Below are positions 28,304 to 38,900 of a stretch of 64,000 nt of DNA, one piece after another (position 1 is the stretch's first letter; every line of letters starts with the position of its first letter). The DNA is from a virus. A program made the translations under genes and the position numbers. The DNA is taken from the IMG/VR virus record IMGVR_UViG_3300012942_000045, positions 6,743 to 70,742 of that record; one strand, 5' to 3'. The notes beneath the pieces are model-generated. The model was not told the DNA's origin, ran no database searches, and worked only from the letters and a program-made list of their open reading frames with translations.

Positions 28304-30079
28304 GCTGGCTGGAGCAAAGGGACTATAAAAGCTATTCATACCAAACCCTTCCAGGTCTCTGGTAAGGATGGTAAAAAATATACTAAACATGCCTCAAAAG
28401 ATCATCCTGTATATGAGATAAAATCTAATATCTCAGATCATATAGCCTATCACTTTGCTGAGGCTTTACATCCTACTAAATTTCCACAGGGAGGAAAACT
28501 CTCCAAACAAGTTGCAGATGAAAGGTATAATAATCTGTATGGGCCTATTGAGGATAGGTTGAATAATATAATCAATCAAGTAGGTTTTAAGAATTTACCT
28601 CCTGCAACTCAAACTATGCTAACCCAAACAATGGGTCAGTTTGATAATACAACACAATCAGATGGATCTCCTCGTTATATTCCACCTGTGGATAATACTA
28701 TAAGATATGCTCAAGGACAGTTTAATAATATGTCTGATGAGCAGCTTAAGGACTTTATCACTACTGATTGGGTAAATATTAAATCCTTCCCACAACTTTT
28801 ACATAGTATTCCAAAAGGTGTAGGCCTGGGAGATATGTACAAGTACTATAAGGAGTACCATAACCTTAAATCTAATGGCTACACTTTTGATGATGGTGGG
28901 TCATTCCCAAATATCCCTACTATGAAATCACTTGATCTAACTCCTATAATGGAGAATTTCCCTGAGGCTAAATCGGGCATTCATATTAAGCCCCAAAACA
29001 AAGGTAAGTTTACAGCTTATAAGAAGAGAACTGGTAAAACTACTGAGGAGGCTTTACACTCTAAAGATCCTCATGTAAGGGCTATGGCTAACTTTGCCAG
29101 GAATAGTGCTAAATGGAGGAAAGGCGAAGATGGTATACCTTTAAATCCCTCTTTATATGATTATGACTATCAAAAGGCTGCTACTCTACAACCTATAGAT
29201 TATAGACCCTCTCCAGATTTTAATTATACTCCTCAGGTTCCTACACATATAGATCCCAATAGTGCTCCTGATTTAGGTCATGTAAATCCCCTTACTCTAT
29301 TACCTAAGATAAATCCCTTAGAGACAGCTAATGTGGCACTCTCCACGCTTAACTATTTTACTCCTAGTGAGAGAGCTAAACCCAGATATGATCTACCTGA
29401 GGAGTATAACCAACATCCACAAGGAACTGGAAGTACAGCTCTGTTTGAGGATGGTGGCAAATTCCCTCAAGGTGGTTCTATAGATGATAATACTCTCTTT
29501 AATGATTATTATACCCAGTTTAAACAAAAAGGTTATAATGATCCTGAGAGGTTAGCTAGTGTTATGGTACTCTCTCATAAATACAATGTAGCACCTAGTC
29601 ACATATTTACTACCTCTCAACATCCCTATAATGGTACACAAATCTCAAGAAGAGATTTCACTGTATTTGGAGATGATCCTAATAAGCCTATAGCCTCTTT
29701 ATCACAGCAAATAGCAGGCTCACAAGCTGGTTCAGATCAAACTACTGCTCCATTATTTGTCTCTAATTATGATGATGGTGGGGGATTATCTAGATCCTCT
29801 GATTATGGTAGTAAATCTCATCCTTATCCAGGAGTCTCCTCTGGAGATTTTGCAGGACCCCACCGCTCATATCCTATACCATCGAAAGCTGATGCTATAG
29901 ATGCATTAAGATTAGCTCATCTACATCATGACCAATCAGTTATTAATAATGTATATGCAAAGTATCCAGGTCTTAAAAAGGGTGATAGCGGATTAAAACT
30001 TATGGATGGAACTTATGATCTCAGTCCAAGTGAGATAAATTATTATAAATCACTCGGTTATAATATTGAACAAGTATGA
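28250..30079 (+). CDS. multidomain virion cargo protein (N-terminal DUF2945-like domain; [F/Y]xxGG linkers)
   Basis: KVTFNSEAG..KGTI...H..HASKDHPVYEIKS..SDHIA.H is DUF2945-like. Also has the crAss-type GIHIKPQNKGKFT..ANFARN module and a FAGPHRSYPIP module. Confidence 0.7.
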   Translation: MSSPKHYNIGNKVTFNSEAGWSKGTIKAIHTKPFQVSGKDGKKYTKHASKDHPVYEIKSNISDHIAYHFAEALHPTKFPQGGKLSKQVADERYNNLYGPIEDRLNNIINQVGFKNLPPATQTMLTQTMGQFDNTTQSDGSPRYIPPVDNTIRYAQGQFNNMSDEQLKDFITTDWVNIKSFPQLLHSIPKGVGLGDMYKYYKEYHNLKSNGYTFDDGGSFPNIPTMKSLDLTPIMENFPEAKSGIHIKPQNKGKFTAYKKRTGKTTEEALHSKDPHVRAMANFARNSAKWRKGEDGIPLNPSLYDYDYQKAATLQPIDYRPSPDFNYTPQVPTHIDPNSAPDLGHVNPLTLLPKINPLETANVALSTLNYFTPSERAKPRYDLPEEYNQHPQGTGSTALFEDGGKFPQGGSIDDNTLFNDYYTQFKQKGYNDPERLASVMVLSHKYNVAPSHIFTTSQHPYNGTQISRRDFTVFGDDPNKPIASLSQQIAGSQAGSDQTTAPLFVSNYDDGGGLSRSSDYGSKSHPYPGVSSGDFAGPHRSYPIPSKADAIDALRLAHLHHDQSVINNVYAKYPGLKKGDSGLKLMDGTYDLSPSEINYYKSLGYNIEQV

Positions 30080-31899
30080 AAGTAAAAGTAACAGCACCAC
30101 AATCTGATCCTTTACAGTTTCACTGGGGAGGTGGAGCAGAGGTAATCTCTCAAAATCCTTATAGTATGTCACCTACTATAGAGTTTAAAGGTCCTTCTCA
30201 TGAAAAAGGTGGGGTGGGAATTTCATTTAAGGGAGTACCAGCTGAGGTTGAGGGTAATGAGACAGGTCAAGTAGATAACCAGGGTAATCTTAATATCATG
30301 GGTAATATGATTGTACCTGGTACACAAATGAAGTTTAAGACTGCCTCTAAGAAATTAGCCAGGTTAGAGAATAAAGCTGGTAAACAAATGAAAACAGCTG
30401 ATGATATTCTAACCTCTCATATAACTGATACCTCAAAGTTTGGAACTCTAGCTAATAATGCTGCTTATCTTATGGGATGGGGAGCTACCCAAAAGCAGAA
30501 ACAGTTAGCCTCTCAGAAGCAATATCTTATTGATGTACAGAATGCTATGCTAGATACTGCTGATGAGATGGGTCTGGATCCTCAAGCTATGAGTAAGGGT
30601 TCAATTAAAAAGGCTAAGTATGGTGCTAATCTAGGAAAATATCCTCAGGGTGGTAGATTGGATCCTATAGCATTGGATAACTATATTAGAAGGTTTGGTG
30701 CTGTAGAGAGTAGCAATAATTATAATGCCTCCTCTCCAGGGTCTAGTGCTTATGGAAGGTATCAATTTACAAAAGCTACCAGAGATAATATCTATAAGAA
30801 CAATCCAGGAGGATTTAAAAGATTTGGGATTAATAATCTATCAGACTTTGAGAGTGCTTTTAAAACCAATCCTGAGGTACAAGATGATATTATGACTCTT
30901 CATCTTAATCATCTGAATGACAAGTATAATGGTAATCCTCAATATATTGCCCTAGCCCATAGGGTTGGTGAGGGTGCAGCTGATAGTCTTATTAACAAAG
31001 GCTATTATACTAGCCAGGGAAAGAAGATTACCTGGGATACTCCTATCTCAGCCTCTACTACAGGCACTGAGACTCCTGGAGATTATGTAAAGAAAATAAC
31101 TGGAGCAGCTCCTTTTATTACTCCTGAGCCAGAGCCTACACCAGATATTAATGTACCTCCTACAAATGAACTGTATACCCCCTCATTTCCTGATAGGACT
31201 CCTCCCATTGAGACTTTAAGATCCCCTTCTCCATCAGTTCCTAGTACTGCCAATACTACCACGGATTATAATATTCATGAGTTTACTCCTCCTAAGTATT
31301 CTCCTACACCCCTACCTTTCTCTGAGATTGTACCTGAGTTAGTAGCATTTGGTGAAAACTCCAGGGAGGGTGTGCAAGGTCAATCTTATACTCCTAGATT
31401 ATATCAACCTTATCAAGTCTCTTTCCAGGATCAACTTAATGCAAATCAATCTGATTTCAAAGGACTGGAGGAGATAGGTAGAAATAATCCCGAGTACTTA
31501 TCCTCCTTAGCAGCTAATAAGTACAAGGCCAATCAATCTATATTAGGAAATGAGTTCAGAACTAACCAACAGATTGATAATAGTGTGTACAATAATAATA
31601 TTGGTCTGCTTAATCAAGCTGAGCAGGAGAATTTAAAACTTGCTGATCAACAATATGTAAGACAGGAAACAGCTAATAGCAAGACTAAAGCTCAAACCAA
31701 TGTTATATTAAACTCCATAGCCTCAAAGCTGGAGCAAAATGCATTAGAGAATAAACAACTTGCTGCCTACCAATCCTTGTATCCTTATTATAAATTTGAT
31801 GGACAAGGTAATGTAAACTTTGTAGGTCCTAAAGATCCTATTAATCCTATGCCCAAATCCTCAAATGGTGCCTTAATAAAAGCACTTAACTCAAAGTAA
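30076..31899 (+). CDS. virion ejection/cargo protein with a lysozyme-like (transglycosylase) domain
   Basis: KGPSHEKGGV..EVEGNE motif; AVESSNNYNA...SAYGRYQF lysozyme-fold motif; Gln/Asn-rich coiled-coil C-terminus. Confidence 0.75.
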   Translation: MKVKVTAPQSDPLQFHWGGGAEVISQNPYSMSPTIEFKGPSHEKGGVGISFKGVPAEVEGNETGQVDNQGNLNIMGNMIVPGTQMKFKTASKKLARLENKAGKQMKTADDILTSHITDTSKFGTLANNAAYLMGWGATQKQKQLASQKQYLIDVQNAMLDTADEMGLDPQAMSKGSIKKAKYGANLGKYPQGGRLDPIALDNYIRRFGAVESSNNYNASSPGSSAYGRYQFTKATRDNIYKNNPGGFKRFGINNLSDFESAFKTNPEVQDDIMTLHLNHLNDKYNGNPQYIALAHRVGEGAADSLINKGYYTSQGKKITWDTPISASTTGTETPGDYVKKITGAAPFITPEPEPTPDINVPPTNELYTPSFPDRTPPIETLRSPSPSVPSTANTTTDYNIHEFTPPKYSPTPLPFSEIVPELVAFGENSREGVQGQSYTPRLYQPYQVSFQDQLNANQSDFKGLEEIGRNNPEYLSSLAANKYKANQSILGNEFRTNQQIDNSVYNNNIGLLNQAEQENLKLADQQYVRQETANSKTKAQTNVILNSIASKLEQNALENKQLAAYQSLYPYYKFDGQGNVNFVGPKDPINPMPKSSNGALIKALNSK

Positions 31900-31925
31900 T
31901 CTATATGATTACTCATATAAATTTA

Positions 31926-31957
31926 TTTGGAAATGTGTATTTCATTGATTACCTTTG
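31926..31957 (+). promoter_or_regulatory. Bacteroidota sigma-A type promoter
   Basis: TTTG (31926-31929), N20, TACCTTTG (31950-31957). Confidence 0.85.
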
Positions 31958-31974
31958 CTAAATTCTAATTCCTC

Positions 31975-34545
31975 TTGGCAAATTTTACAGATTCAATATC
32001 ATCTTTTAATCCTTACATCCCTACTCTACCAGTAGAGACTTATGCTAAAGTTGGTTTAGCTAAGCAACAAATGTATGAGCAAGGATTACAAAGGGTTGAG
32101 GGTATATATAATACTATAGCTGATCTACCAGTAGATAGCAAGTTTGCACCTTATATTGAGGATAAGCTTGGTTCATTAAAGAAGCAGGTTAGTAATAATA
32201 TCTCTGGTGATTTCTCCAATAGTCAAGTAATTAACTCTATTACTCAGGCAGCAGGGACTATAACTAATGATCCCATAGTTAAAAATGCCCTAACCTCTAC
32301 TCAAGCTATTCAAAGTAAGTTAGCTTATATCAATGATATTAAGACTAAACACCCAGAACTGTACAATCCTACTAATGAGCAGGATGCTTTATACAGTATA
32401 GGTCAATGGAGGAAGGATAGTAACCTCAGTACTCCTTATATAGATAGTACCCCTTATCAGCCTTATTATGATTATAGTAAGGAGTATAGCCAATTACAGA
32501 AGGATTACCTGGCACTTCCTACTGAGTATATGGAAAAGCCTACTGAGGATGCAAATGGCACTATAACTACTCAGAAATTTACAGGTAAATCTAATAGCGA
32601 TTTCCAGAGATATATTGATGCTCATGCCTCAGCTAATTTTAAGAATCAGTTAGCTGTAGAGGGAAGGGTTAATGCCACTAATATGGATGGAGCTGTATGG
32701 TTTCAGAATACTTATGCTCCTTATATACAGAGTAAGATTAACTCCTTACAAAGTGATATAGACCAAAATAATATCTCAGCAGGTGCAAAATCTTTACCCT
32801 CGGAGGTAGAGAAGCTAAAGGCTAAAACCTTACAGGATAAAACCCAAATAGCTGCTTTACAGAGATCTTTAACAGATCCTCAAGAAAGACAAAGGGCTAT
32901 AGCTAGAATGAGAGATATTAATGGAGATATAAATACCAAGACCTCCATACACAATATGGCCTTCTCAGTACCTTTCTCAAAAAAGCCTGAGATTTCTTAT
33001 AGTATAGATCAGGCTAGGGTAGCTGCATTAAAACTTGCCTCTAAAAATATAAGAGGTGGTATTGCAGGATCTTCCAGTTCCCTTGCATTCTCACCTAATA
33101 CATATGGAGTAATGCAGAATCAGGCAGGTGAGATGCAAACTGATCCCAGAATAACTAAAGACAAAGTAAGTGGTATCCAGGGATATAAAGACTATCTCAA
33201 TATTATGCATAGTACTGAGGCTAGTGAGGTAGCTGCTATGCAAGGAACTTTTAAGGATTATGCTACCTCAGCAGGCTATACTGATAGTCAGTTAACCAAT
33301 CCCTTAACTAGACAGGAGGCTACAGATAAGTGGATGGGCTATATGGCTCAAGCTTATAAAAAGTGGCAAACAGATCATAGTGATAACTCTGTACCTGATA
33401 ACCTAAAGACTATGTTCTCTAATAGTGATCCTAAACTACTCACTGCTATAGGAATGCAGAGGAAGCTAGAGAACATAAAAGCTAATGCCCTTACACAAGC
33501 TAAACAGCAAGGCTTAACTGGAATGGTTGTAAATGGCATACATATCTCTCCAGAGGATATAATGCAGTATAAACTGGATGGCCATAATGATAATATAGCA
33601 GCCTCGGGTATACTTCAATCTAAATTAACTCCTGTTATGGGAGGTGTAGGTGTTCCATTTGGTCACCAGGGTTTTGTAAATACTACACAGCCCCCTAAAG
33701 AGCTTACAGAGAGATTAAGTAAAATTCCAGATATCTCTCCTCAATTACAGGATGTAGTAGCTCAGGTTGATTTTACTACCTCAGTTACTAACCAAGAAGA
33801 AGGTTCATATAAAGGACAGCCTACAGCAAATACACAGCTTATTGATAATCTAGCTAATATTTTAAATGCTCAGGTATTAGGTGGAGCCTCAGTTGGTGAG
33901 GCTACTGATGTTGCAGGCAATAAACTGGAACTTAAGAATGCTATTACCAATAAACAATTGCAAGGTGCTTATATAGACCATACTACTGGAGATGCTCAAG
34001 TAACTGTAAATTTAGGCACTGAGGCTAAACCAGATCTACATACTTTTAAAGTAAACTCACCCTCCTTAAAGATTGATAAATCTGCTGATCAGGTATATAA
34101 TACTTTGATGTATTTGTATGATGGGGTTGTACCTGTAAATATACAAGGTGGAAAAGCTGGTAAAGCACTACCTGTACAGATTACCTCGAATGGTACTCCT
34201 GAATCTCATTACACTAGAACCTCAACTGGAGCTCCGGCTACTTATACAGCTTTGACCACTACAGGTCATAAAATACCAACTCCTGGTTTTGCAGAACCCT
34301 CTCAGGCTTTGGAATGGCTAAATATCAATAGTTCTCAAAACCAAAAGAGTTATCTCACCTTACAGGGTCAGAATTTTATAAGGAATTATGGACCTGGATG
34401 GTCTCAGTTAACACAGGAGCAAAAGGCAGCTTTATTGGAACCAGTGTATGAAAAGGCTAAAGCTGAAATTACAGAGGATACTATATTCGGCTCTTTAGAC
34501 AATAAAATTACAGATGATCTACCTATAGATTTATTAGGAAGCTAA
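31975..34545 (+). CDS. virion ejection/cargo protein (TTG start)
   Basis: N-terminus FNPYIPTLPVE...VG..KQQMYEQG..R typical of the gene preceding crAss-like vRNAP; helical. Confidence 0.65.
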   Translation: MANFTDSISSFNPYIPTLPVETYAKVGLAKQQMYEQGLQRVEGIYNTIADLPVDSKFAPYIEDKLGSLKKQVSNNISGDFSNSQVINSITQAAGTITNDPIVKNALTSTQAIQSKLAYINDIKTKHPELYNPTNEQDALYSIGQWRKDSNLSTPYIDSTPYQPYYDYSKEYSQLQKDYLALPTEYMEKPTEDANGTITTQKFTGKSNSDFQRYIDAHASANFKNQLAVEGRVNATNMDGAVWFQNTYAPYIQSKINSLQSDIDQNNISAGAKSLPSEVEKLKAKTLQDKTQIAALQRSLTDPQERQRAIARMRDINGDINTKTSIHNMAFSVPFSKKPEISYSIDQARVAALKLASKNIRGGIAGSSSSLAFSPNTYGVMQNQAGEMQTDPRITKDKVSGIQGYKDYLNIMHSTEASEVAAMQGTFKDYATSAGYTDSQLTNPLTRQEATDKWMGYMAQAYKKWQTDHSDNSVPDNLKTMFSNSDPKLLTAIGMQRKLENIKANALTQAKQQGLTGMVVNGIHISPEDIMQYKLDGHNDNIAASGILQSKLTPVMGGVGVPFGHQGFVNTTQPPKELTERLSKIPDISPQLQDVVAQVDFTTSVTNQEEGSYKGQPTANTQLIDNLANILNAQVLGGASVGEATDVAGNKLELKNAITNKQLQGAYIDHTTGDAQVTVNLGTEAKPDLHTFKVNSPSLKIDKSADQVYNTLMYLYDGVVPVNIQGGKAGKALPVQITSNGTPESHYTRTSTGAPATYTALTTTGHKIPTPGFAEPSQALEWLNINSSQNQKSYLTLQGQNFIRNYGPGWSQLTQEQKAALLEPVYEKAKAEITEDTIFGSLDNKITDDLPIDLLGS

Positions 34546-35087
34546 TTAGTAACACCCTTATAGGCATACATACTATTGGTATTGCATATAAATAAAGATA
34601 CTCTTGGTTTTGATTTCAAAGATACAAACCTAGTCTCTACAGAGTAATCTCTAGAGTCGAAATAACAATTTTCAGGTAAATCTGGGTGCTGGCTATCCTT
34701 TTGTGTATAATTTAATGAGGTAATATAACTAAATAAGTTTAAGGCATCTTGAGGAGTTTTGGGGTATACTAAAATATAAGAGACTTTATTATTCTGTATA
34801 AAGGCATACCCTATACAATGTGCAGGATGAGGTGTTTTATTTGCATACCCAACCTTCCAATAAATATAGTAATCATACTTATATATCATTTCATACCTAC
34901 TCTCTGGATATTCAAATGCATCTATAGTTCCAGGTTGGCTGTTTTTGGAAACTTCGTATACAGCATTATTGTCAGTTAGTTCTTTCGTAAGATTTTCTGA
35001 GGTATACCCTAATAGATCCTCCATTGAGGGCATTTGAGAATATCCTGAAAAGGGGAGGGCTAATAATATTATTATTAGATATTTCAT
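34542..35087 (-). CDS. secreted/periplasmic protein (signal peptide)
   Basis: MKYLIIILLALPFSGYS-Q is a Bacteroidota-style SPI signal with Gln at +1. Confidence 0.75.
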   Translation of the reverse strand: MKYLIIILLALPFSGYSQMPSMEDLLGYTSENLTKELTDNNAVYEVSKNSQPGTIDAFEYPESRYEMIYKYDYYIYWKVGYANKTPHPAHCIGYAFIQNNKVSYILVYPKTPQDALNLFSYITSLNYTQKDSQHPDLPENCYFDSRDYSVETRFVSLKSKPRVSLFICNTNSMYAYKGVTN

Positions 35088-35096
35088 ATTTGTGGG

Positions 35097-35363
35097 TTAA
35101 TCATCATCTAAGCCTTTAATATCTGAAAAGTCATTTATATCAAATTTCTTTGTAACAGGTTTTGCCTTAGACTCATCCATATCAACAGGCTTAGGTTTCT
35201 TTTTCTTAAATACCTCAGAAACCATAGAAACACCTATACCAACTACACTAATTATAACAAAAAGGAATAGTGCTAGAAACCATGCAGTTTCAACAGTTCT
35301 AGTACTTCCTCTAGAACAGGATGAGAGTAGAAGTAAAATAGGAAGAACTTTTAAATAGTTCAT
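35097..35363 (-). CDS. small lipoprotein-like membrane protein
   Basis: Lipobox-like LLLSSC followed by a second hydrophobic helix and a Lys-rich tail. Confidence 0.7.
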   Translation of the reverse strand: MNYLKVLPILLLLSSCSRGSTRTVETAWFLALFLFVIISVVGIGVSMVSEVFKKKKPKPVDMDESKAKPVTKKFDINDFSDIKGLDDD

Positions 35364-35839
35364 TTGTCTTTCTCCTCCTCTAGCTTTTCAATCTTTTTAT
35401 TTAGTCTATCTACCTCAGCCTCCAAATCTAGAATTTGTTTCTCATACATAAATCTCATATAATAAGGATCTCCAGTCAGTTCGGCAATTTTAGGAAATAT
35501 GTATTGAGTAATTACATTAATATACGGCCATGCATTCCCAGAACTGAACTTTCCTTTTATATATTCCTCAGATTTATGGTTGAAAATTATATACTCATGA
35601 TTAAAGCCATTTTTTGTGAACTTAATAATTGAGAAGTCTCCAATCCTATAGGCTGAATCATCTCCATACCTATCGGTAATAATTTGTTCAGAATTGTATT
35701 GTCCTACTTGATTAATCTTTCTAACTCCAAACTCAATTCCTGGAGTAGACCTCAACTCTGAAATATTTCCTACTGAGGTATATGTGCCCGCTTTAGAGAC
35801 TGCATAATAAGTTATTACCTCTTGTTTATCCATTTTCAA
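35360..35839 (-). CDS. hypothetical protein with a C-terminal coiled coil (start may be ATG 35833)
   Basis: First gene of the minus-strand cassette, downstream of a consensus promoter. Confidence 0.7.
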   Translation of the reverse strand: MKMDKQEVITYYAVSKAGTYTSVGNISELRSTPGIEFGVRKINQVGQYNSEQIITDRYGDDSAYRIGDFSIIKFTKNGFNHEYIIFNHKSEEYIKGKFSSGNAWPYINVITQYIFPKIAELTGDPYYMRFMYEKQILDLEAEVDRLNKKIEKLEEEKDK

Positions 35840-35902
35840 ATAAGGAGATTTTAGGTGAGAGGATACATTAAGATTGCAATTATCAAGTTAAAGATTTTAT
35901 AT

Positions 35903-35933
35903 CAAATATATACCCTTTAGTATTATTTACAAA
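35903..35933 (-). promoter_or_regulatory. Bacteroidota sigma-A type promoter for the antisense cassette
   Basis: On the minus strand: TTTG (35933-35930), N19, TATATTTG (35910-35903). Confidence 0.8.
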
Positions 35934-35945
35934 TAATTCAGTTTA

Positions 35946-38900
35946 ATGGCTGATAACCAAGCAAATACACCAGTACCAAATAATGATATAGCAACTAACG
36001 CTAAAGGAGATACTAATATTGTACCTCTGGGAAATATTTATGCTGGTGAGACAACAGCTTTACCACAAGCTGCCCAAATTCTATTTCATAATACTGAACA
36101 AATAAATCCTGTAACTCCTCCTGAGCAGAGTCAACCTGTTAATACTGGAGGTAAATTATGGGGTATAGGTACTGCATTTCCTACCAAGAACTCTTACTAT
36201 GAGTACACAGCTAATTTAGCTACCCAAAAGGCTAAGGCTCAAGATCCTACTTTTGGAGTAAGTACCTCAGGTGTTATTCCTGCCGGTAATGGATCTGATG
36301 CAGGCAGGTTTTTAAATACCAGCCTTGGGAATTACACTTATGTAGAGGGAACTAATAATGAAGAGAGGAATGCCCAAAATCAAAGTTGGTTAGCACAGTT
36401 ACGTAACTCCCTTATTAAAGGTACAGCTACAGCAGCTGGTACATTTGTAAATAGCTTATTAACCTTTCCAGATGCTATAGGTGCAATAAAGAGTGGCAAG
36501 CTTTCTAGCTTATATCAATCGCCTACTGAGAATAGTGTTGATACCTGGTTAGATAGTTTGGAGAATAAATTCCCTAACTATTATACACAATGGGAAAAGG
36601 ATCATCCCTTACTTGCAGCATTTACCCCCACAGGTGCTGCTAACTTCTGGGGTGAGAACATTATTAAAAATCTTGGTTTTACTGTAGGTGCTATAGGTGG
36701 TGCTGTAGTACAAGATCTTGGTATAGGTGCTATAACAGGAGGTGCAGGATCATTTGCTGATTTACCCAATGTAGTAAGTAGAACCTCCCTCGCACTGGGT
36801 AAGTTATTTACTTTAGGAGCTGATGCTGAGAAAGTAGCTGAGACTCTTAATACTGCTGGAAAGGCTATAAATGGCTTACAGAAGTTTAGAGATGCAGCAC
36901 AATATACTACTGCACTATTAGGATCTGCTCGTACTGAGGCAGGATTTGAGGCTAGACAGGGGTATAATAAGTTATATGGTGATTTAGTACAGGAGTATAA
37001 AGATAGTCATAATGGTGAGGGTCCTGATGAGGATACTCTGAATAATATTAAAAAGCAAGCTACAGCCTCAGCTAATACCAGGTTCCTGGTAAATATGGCT
37101 ATATTAACTCCCTCAGATGCTATACAGTTTGATGGGATATTTAACCTGTTTAAGGCTGAGACTAAGGGACTTTCTGATGTTCTTAATCTCTCTATAAATG
37201 AGAGGAGGGGTATAAAGCTTGCTGAGGGTTCACTGGATAATTATGTAGAGAATGAACCTCCTAAAGTATTATGGAGGTACTTATTAGGTACTAAAAAGGA
37301 GCTTGCTACAGGTATACTCTCTGAGGGATTCTTTGAGGAGGGTTTACAGAATGTAGCCCAGGAGGGAACATATAACTATTACCATAGTAAGTACTACAAC
37401 AATAATAAGGATACTTTTGATGATATACTTAAGTCTACAGGTTATGGATTTGCCCAGACTTTAGGTTCTACTGATGGCTGGGAGAATATTATAGCTGGTG
37501 CATTAATGAGTATGGTGACTGCACCTGCTACCAGATGGGCCAATAAAGTAAAAGATGATAAACTAGTAAGCACTACCCTGGAGGCTTTGAACTCTCAGGG
37601 CTTAACTGGCTCCTTCCATCAAGTATATGCTACAGCTGCTGCTGCAAAGCAAGCCTCTCAGGATATGAAGAAGGCTGTACAAAGTGGAGATGTATTTACC
37701 TATAAGAACTTGAAGCATGACATGTTCTATAATTTTATCAAATCTGCTATTAATAGTGGTAGATTTGAAACTAGGATAGAACAACTCTCTCAACTTAAGG
37801 ACCTCTCCAATGATCAGGTAAGGAGTATATTACAACTTACTGATACTCCTGAGAATAGACAAATTGCTGAGGGTTATGTAGATAAACTTATTGCAAAAGC
37901 TAATGAGATAAGAAATATTAGTACCTCACTCAACCAGCAATTTAAAAATCCCTATAGGTATTATAATAATCCCAAGACTGATTTTCAAAAGGATCAGACT
38001 AATAAGTACAATACTCATAATGAGTATGTAGATAATCTTGGTAGGTATATCTCTATAGGAAGAGATGCAGATCAAAGATTATCCTCTATAAAGGACTCTT
38101 GGATAGGTACAGATTACTCTAATCTCTCCTTACAAACTATAGGGGATATAGCCTCTGACCAGGGTTTAATCAATTATAGCGAAAAGTATCCTGATTTAGC
38201 TCAGGATATCTCTACTTATCTGTCTCATAAAATTGCAAATTCAGATCCTGAGAATAAGGATCTTAATGAGGAACTTATTACTTTATCCCAAAAGATTCTC
38301 TCCAGGGAGGCTAATAAACCTATACACAAGAGTTTTGTACAAAACCTACTTACACAGGGACATGATATTAACAGACTCCAAGATTTAAAAGCTAGAGCTG
38401 AGGAGGCTTATAACTTTCTCTCCACTGATAAAGGACTTGATCATTTTATAGCTCAGGATGAGGAACAGAGGAGGAAATCTGATGAGTTTGGTGATACAGA
38501 CTCCCTTATGCTTCCTACTAAGTTTGGTACTACCAACCGTGCTGTAAAGGTAGATAAGGGCGGGAAGTACTTTTTAATATCCTCTCAGGAGACACCTGAG
38601 GGTGTACCATTACAATCTGCCAAACCTATTATTATAGATGGGTTCGATGATAAAAATGTACATTACTTTGATAATACTCCTGGTAGGAAATCTCTCTCCT
38701 TTGAGAACTTGAGAGATAACCACGAGTTGTATACAGCTGAGGAGCTCTCTAAGACTGATAAAGGAAATTACTATCTCAACCATCTTAACCAAAGGTATAA
38801 GATGGAGATGTTCTATAATATACCTAATGAGAGTGGGGAGAAGCCTACTATTATACAGCAAGGTTTACCTCAGGGTATAAAAGGACAAGGTAAAAAGATA

